Part shown: one piece after another, positions 61,015 to 64,000 of the stretch
How the letters are laid out: the number at the start of each line of letters is the position of its first letter
Position numbering within the stretch: the first letter of the stretch is position 1
Made by a program: the position numbers and the translations under genes
The notes under the pieces: generated by a model
What the model was told of the DNA's origin: nothing
What the model saw: the letters and a program-made list of their open reading frames with translations, nothing else
Databases searched by the model: none
Assembly: GCA_905178155.1 (NCBI GenBank)
Contig: CAJINV010000003.1
Span: 11,167,737 to 11,231,736 of the forward strand
DNA: 64,000 nt
Reading direction: 5' to 3'
Source of the DNA: Amoebophrya sp. A120
Lineage: Eukaryota; Protista; Dinoflagellata

Positions 61015-63365
61015 TTATTTCTTTCTCTTTTTAGCCGGTGCGGAGTGGCTGGGAGATGCGCCAGCAGCGTCTTTGAGCTGTATGGACTTCAGCAGACACG
61101 GGAGCGGGGCCACTTTCGGACTAAGAAAGCACTCCGCTTCATAGTGCATCACGCTGTGCATCGTTTTCCAACCACCAATCTTTTGGACGGTTTCCCGGAC
61201 CGTTCCGCCGAGTAGGAGTGCCTGAGCGCCACCCTTTCGGAGTCCGTGGAGGCAGAGGAGGTCGCGACTGCGGCCTTCCGCAATTCGTTGCACCTTCGCC
61301 TTCCGGGTGAGGAACTTCCAGGTCGTGCGGTACTGCGCAACCGATAGCCGCGCGTCGCCGCCGTCCTTGATGAGTCGCTGCGCGGCCTTGACCGGGCACA
61401 CGACGGGGTTTGCTGGGTCCGCCACGAGTCGCACGGTTCGCCCGACCCCTTCGGGGTCCGTTTTCGTGCGATCGACGTCGAAGACAACCTCATGGCCGCC
61501 CTTGGTCTTCTCGACCCCGATGGTGGCGCGGGCGAGCTCCTCGGGTCGCCACACAAGGCGGAACTGGCAGACCGCCATGTCAACGCAGGCCAACTCGTCC
61601 AAGGTGGTGGCCGCCTTCTGCATGCTCTCGAGCATGCTCGCGGCGACCGGCTCGTAGCTCTCCGCCGCGCGGTCCCTCTTGAAAGTGTTGCTGATCAGCG
61701 TCGCGTAGGCCTGCTCCCCTAGGGAGAGTCAGTTAGAGGGTAGCAGGGCCATTTCCTTTGCTAAAAAGCGGCTAAATTTTTCGGGATTTTTTCGAAGCGC
61801 GTCGACCGAGGCTCTGCATTAGCCTGACCGGCGGAGCCCCGCCCTCGCAAGTGGTGCGCCGCTTCCTTTGTCTGGCCCGCCTCGCTTTGTTTTGCTTCTT
61901 TCGGTGGGCCATAGGGGCGGCGGGTTCGCTGTGTTGTCTGTTGCCGCCGGGTGTTTTGTATGTGCTAGCGGGCTATGTTTTGCAGTTTAGATGTTTGCCC
62001 CGCTTTCTCTTGGGGTGTGGAGCCTTACAATTTTGGCCCATTTCCGTTTGGCGGTGCGCCGGGTATTTTGCGTCGCGCAAAGCACCCGGCATATCGGGCA
62101 CGTGTTTGCAGGTGCTGAGCGCAACCTCTGGTCGGGCGTGTTTGGGTTTGTTTGTGTTGTCATCTCGAAAAGCCGCGGCGGGCGGTTTTTGTGGTGGTGC
62201 TCTGTGTCGCGCCGTGTGGCGTGTTATTTCTCTTCTTCAGGCGAAGACGGCCGCCGCCCCTTTTTTTTCCTTTGTGTTCGGCTTTGGAATTTTAGAAACC
62301 AAGACGCCCGGGTCCTTTCAAATTTGCGGAAATCAGTGTCCTCTCCTCGGCTAAATTTTCGGCTAAATCGGCTGACTTTTTTTTCCTTCCCGAATTCCCT
62401 GTGGTTCCGCATTTTGCCGCCGGCTAAATTCGGCATCGCCGGGATTTCCGGAGTGAATCCCGGAAAATTTAGCCAAGATTTAGCCGACCGATTTAGCCGC
62501 ATAGATTTAGCCGACCGATTTAGCCGACCGATTTAGCCGCATAGATTTAGCCGACCGATTTAGCCGACCGATTTAGCCGGCCGATTTAGCCGACCGATTT
62601 AGCCGGCAGATTTAGCCGGCCGATTTAGCCGGCCGATTTAGCCGACCGATTTAGCCGGGATTTAGCCGACCGATTTAGCCGATCGCGGAAGTGTAGCAGG
62701 GAGATGCAGAAACCCGCTGCGGATGGGATGTGGGCCAGCCCATAGATATCCGGGACCCGCGCAGACTTTCGCCGGCCCCGGCTTCCTGTGGTTTGGGTTT
62801 GTTTATCTTGGGCCCGAAGGTTTCCTTCTTCCGGTATTTCCTTTCATATTCCCCATTGGGCGTGGGGTTTCGCATGGTTCCGCGCGTGGTCCATCCGGGC
62901 CGCCACGCAACAATCGCAGGAAGCCCCTTGGGGTTTTTGTTTTCTTCTACCCGCGCCGCGCTGGCTTTCTCTTTTCCCCCGGCGGCAGCGCCGTCGGGGC
63001 CGCTTCTGCTTGCCCGGACTTTTAAAAAATCCCGAAAAAATTAGCCAAAAAATAGCGCGCGAAGTCGCCCCAAACCCTCCAACTGAGGAGAGCTCGTGAT
63101 GCCGCAGCCGGTTCTCGGTGCGGACATGGGACACGTAGGCCGTCGCCGTGTTTGCGGCCATTTCCCCGGTGTGGACCTTCACGCCGAGCCTGGCGGCAAA
63201 AAGCTCCAGGTTCGTAATTGATAGCGGGAAGTCGGTGAGGCCGCGAGCTGAGCACATTTGCTCGTACTCCTGCACCGCGGATGCCCTTGCGCTCGACGTT
63301 GCCTTGGCATGCATCTGGCCCCGGAGCATGTCCAGGGCGGTGCCGTCGTCGATCGCGTCCGACAT
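61015..63365 (-). CDS. Tyrosine recombinase (DIRS/Ngaro/Crypton-like), ~328 aa, interrupted by a TIR element
   Basis: Segments 63365-63087 (MSDAIDD...NTATAYVSHV...HHELS) and 61722-61015 (LGEQAY...WRPEEL...RTKTD...CPV...HGLRKGGA...IGGW...MHY...PAKKRKK) join in frame. All catalytic residues R-K-H-R-W-Y and an NLS-like tail are present. Confidence 0.88.
61729..63086. mobile_element. 1358-bp non-autonomous TIR element with 6-bp TSD GGAGAG nested in the YR gene
   Basis: ~68-bp imperfect TIR TCAGTTAGAGGGT...GGCTAAATTTTTCGGGATTTTTT / AAAAAATCCCGAAAAAATTAGCC...ACCCTCCAACTGA; GGAGAG at 61723-28 and 63087-92. Confidence 0.88.
62467..62685. repeat. 17-unit satellite, core ATTTAGCC (11-14 bp units, mostly ATTTAGCCGACCG)
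   Basis: Counted directly in sequence. Confidence 0.92.
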
Positions 63366-63508
63366 CTTTATCTCTGTCTGGGAGGGTGGGTGGGGAACGA
63401 GAAACCAAAAGGCCCGCACGTCGTTGCCCGGAGCGGTGTCGTCTACGTTAGCTGGCAGCGCTTAGCCTCATTTTGCTATTGATAGGGCTGATGGACGCAA
63501 AATACCAA

Positions 63509-63695
63509 TTAACCGCTTTGGCTATGGTTACGACGTGCGTGAGGTTAGCTGTCACAGCTTTGGAACTTTGAGCGAAACGCGAAAAGGGCGCGAGCAAGCG
63601 AAACGCGCGAGGCACGCAAGCGCGGCATCTTGTGCCGGCCCCGCTGTGCCTACGTCGGGACTGCATTGCGAACGCCAATTTTTCACGTATCGAGG
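63509..63695. repeat. Right long direct repeat of YR unit
   Basis: Copy of 60798-60978. Confidence 0.92.
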
Positions 63696-64000
63696 CCGTG
63701 GAGATCAACTCCCAAAGCCCGCACGCCCAAAGCTCCACCGGGCGAGAAAACAAGACCAGACCAATCGACTGCGTGCCAGGGCTCAACGTCGCAAGATTCT
63801 GAACATGGTCAAGGTTGATTGTTCTGTGTCGGTCTACCAGTCTTCATCAAGTTCAATCATCATCGCCCCAAAAGAACACGGAGATGGTGGCCAAGTGCCG
63901 CCGTCTTCTCCAAGATTCCAACTCCCCCAAGCATGCCGCTGCCATCACTTCGCCGACTCACGGCAATCACTTCGCCGGGTTGGCGGCGTCCGCGGTACCT

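Larger units (their letters stand above)
60798..63695 (-). mobile_element. Tyrosine-recombinase-only element bounded by ~181-187-bp direct repeats
   Basis: Near-identical repeats 60798-60978 and 63509-63695 (one 6-bp indel, two substitutions) enclose a single YR gene; no RT/RNaseH between them; no outer TSD seen. Confidence 0.75.

Noticed and set aside
62467-62685. CRISPR or telomere array
   Set aside because: Units are 11-14 bp with no spacers; the core is TTTAGCC, not TTTAGGG, and it is internal to a TIR element.
63460-63482. Relict dinoflagellate spliced leader (TTAGCCTCATTTTGCT)
   Set aside because: Short gapped similarity, and on the strand opposite the YR gene.

Overview
Eukaryotic (alveolate, most likely Amoebophrya-like parasitic dinoflagellate; inferred from intron style) genomic DNA, not prokaryotic. 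The + strand carries five co-oriented genes: two giant paralogous single-pass surface proteins (EGF/C-type lectin/SEA-like/TSP1/TM/cytoplasmic SH3-like barrels; <1-13094 and 31005-49608), an unknown protein (~14436-17805), a large HEAT-repeat protein resembling a divergent Scc2/NIPBL (~18237-26688) and a polycystin/PKD2-like channel (~53735-59770). The fragmented ORF track is explained by at least 25 non-canonical introns that are transposon-like 'introners': ~120-470 bp, TA(T)...(A)TA/TG terminal inverted repeats, 5-bp flanking direct repeats. Removing the element plus 5 bp restores frame at every listed site. Two copies of one family sit in opposite orientation in the same gene, and one has acquired GT-AG ends. 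At the right end, a tyrosine-recombinase-only unit lies between ~181-bp direct repeats (60798-63695). Its gene is split by a 1358-bp TIR element with a 6-bp TSD whose removal restores a full R-K-H-R-W-Y recombinase. Intergenic DNA holds satellite-filled non-autonomous elements. All splicing claims are inferred from frame restoration and were not checked against transcripts.
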